Shown here: piece after piece, positions 63,700-64,000 of the stretch
Position numbering within the stretch: the first letter of the stretch is position 1
Layout: each line of letters opens with the position of its first letter
Assembly (NCBI GenBank): GCA_026026165.1
Contig: JAPEUD010000051.1
Span: forward strand, 124,001 to 188,000
Reading direction: 5' to 3'
Source: Sarea resinae
Lineage: Eukaryota
Length of the DNA stretch: 64,000 nt
Notes under the pieces: model-generated
Told to the model about the DNA's origin: nothing
What the model saw: only the letters and a program-made list of their open reading frames with translations
Database searches by the model: none
Position numbers and translations under genes: made by a program

Positions 63700-64000
63700 T
63701 ACAGCAAGTCCTAGAACTCCTTAAAATAGTTGAGTCACGTGATTCTAGTCTTACACTGTCTATAAGTAGCTATAAATGTATTAAATAGACCACTAGATTA
63801 AATACATTACAGCTATTATATCTGCAATAGCTATTAGCTAATTTGCTAATTAGTAGTGTTATCTATATATATAGTAATTATTATATTCTCTCTAATATAG
63901 ATAGAGCTATCTGTTAGAATTGTTTTAAATTATATTTTTATAAGTAAAATCTTTAGGTAAATTTCCTATTATCTAGCAGCTTGTTTTAAGCTATATCAAG
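63700..64000. other. Start of a very AT-rich, TpA-rich block (probable RIP-degraded repeat); runs off the window end
   Basis: Abrupt compositional switch to dense TA/TAG/CTA with scarce CpA/TpG. No ORFs. Confidence 0.65.

Overview
Eukaryotic (fungal, Ascomycota/Pezizomycotina-type) genomic DNA with short GT-AG introns and CTRAC/CTAAT branch sites. The ORF track therefore fragments most genes, and I rebuilt the gene models by hand. From 1 to ~58.3 kb it is an ordinary, gene-dense housekeeping block: adenosine-deaminase-like (partial), G-protein beta, phosducin, SIM-RING protein, PHS1, TAF14, RanBP1, an 820-aa membrane protein, GT15 mannosyltransferase, DUF4604-like, PRP19, acetoacetyl-CoA synthetase, LCB2, a 924-aa Pro-rich protein, TPI, MRPL51, U1-70K, MRT4, MDM10, a BPI-like protein and a DUF4211-like protein. 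The last ~5.5 kb looks accessory and decaying: an intronless GT71 mannosyltransferase, AT-rich RIP-like relics and a broken SesB-hydrolase/NACHT (NLR-like) gene. The most interesting signals are: (i) candidate U1-70K autoregulatory elements, namely a weak donor with a competing PTC-generating donor inside the RRM intron and a cluster of U1-complementary 5' splice sites in the 3' region; (ii) two copies of a 118-bp TG...CA solo-LTR-like element with 5-bp target-site duplications; (iii) an uncharacterised membrane protein laid out like a selective-autophagy receptor; (iv) G-beta sitting next to its chaperone phosducin. I found no tRNA, rRNA or CRISPR array. All family calls are from motif recognition, not database searches.
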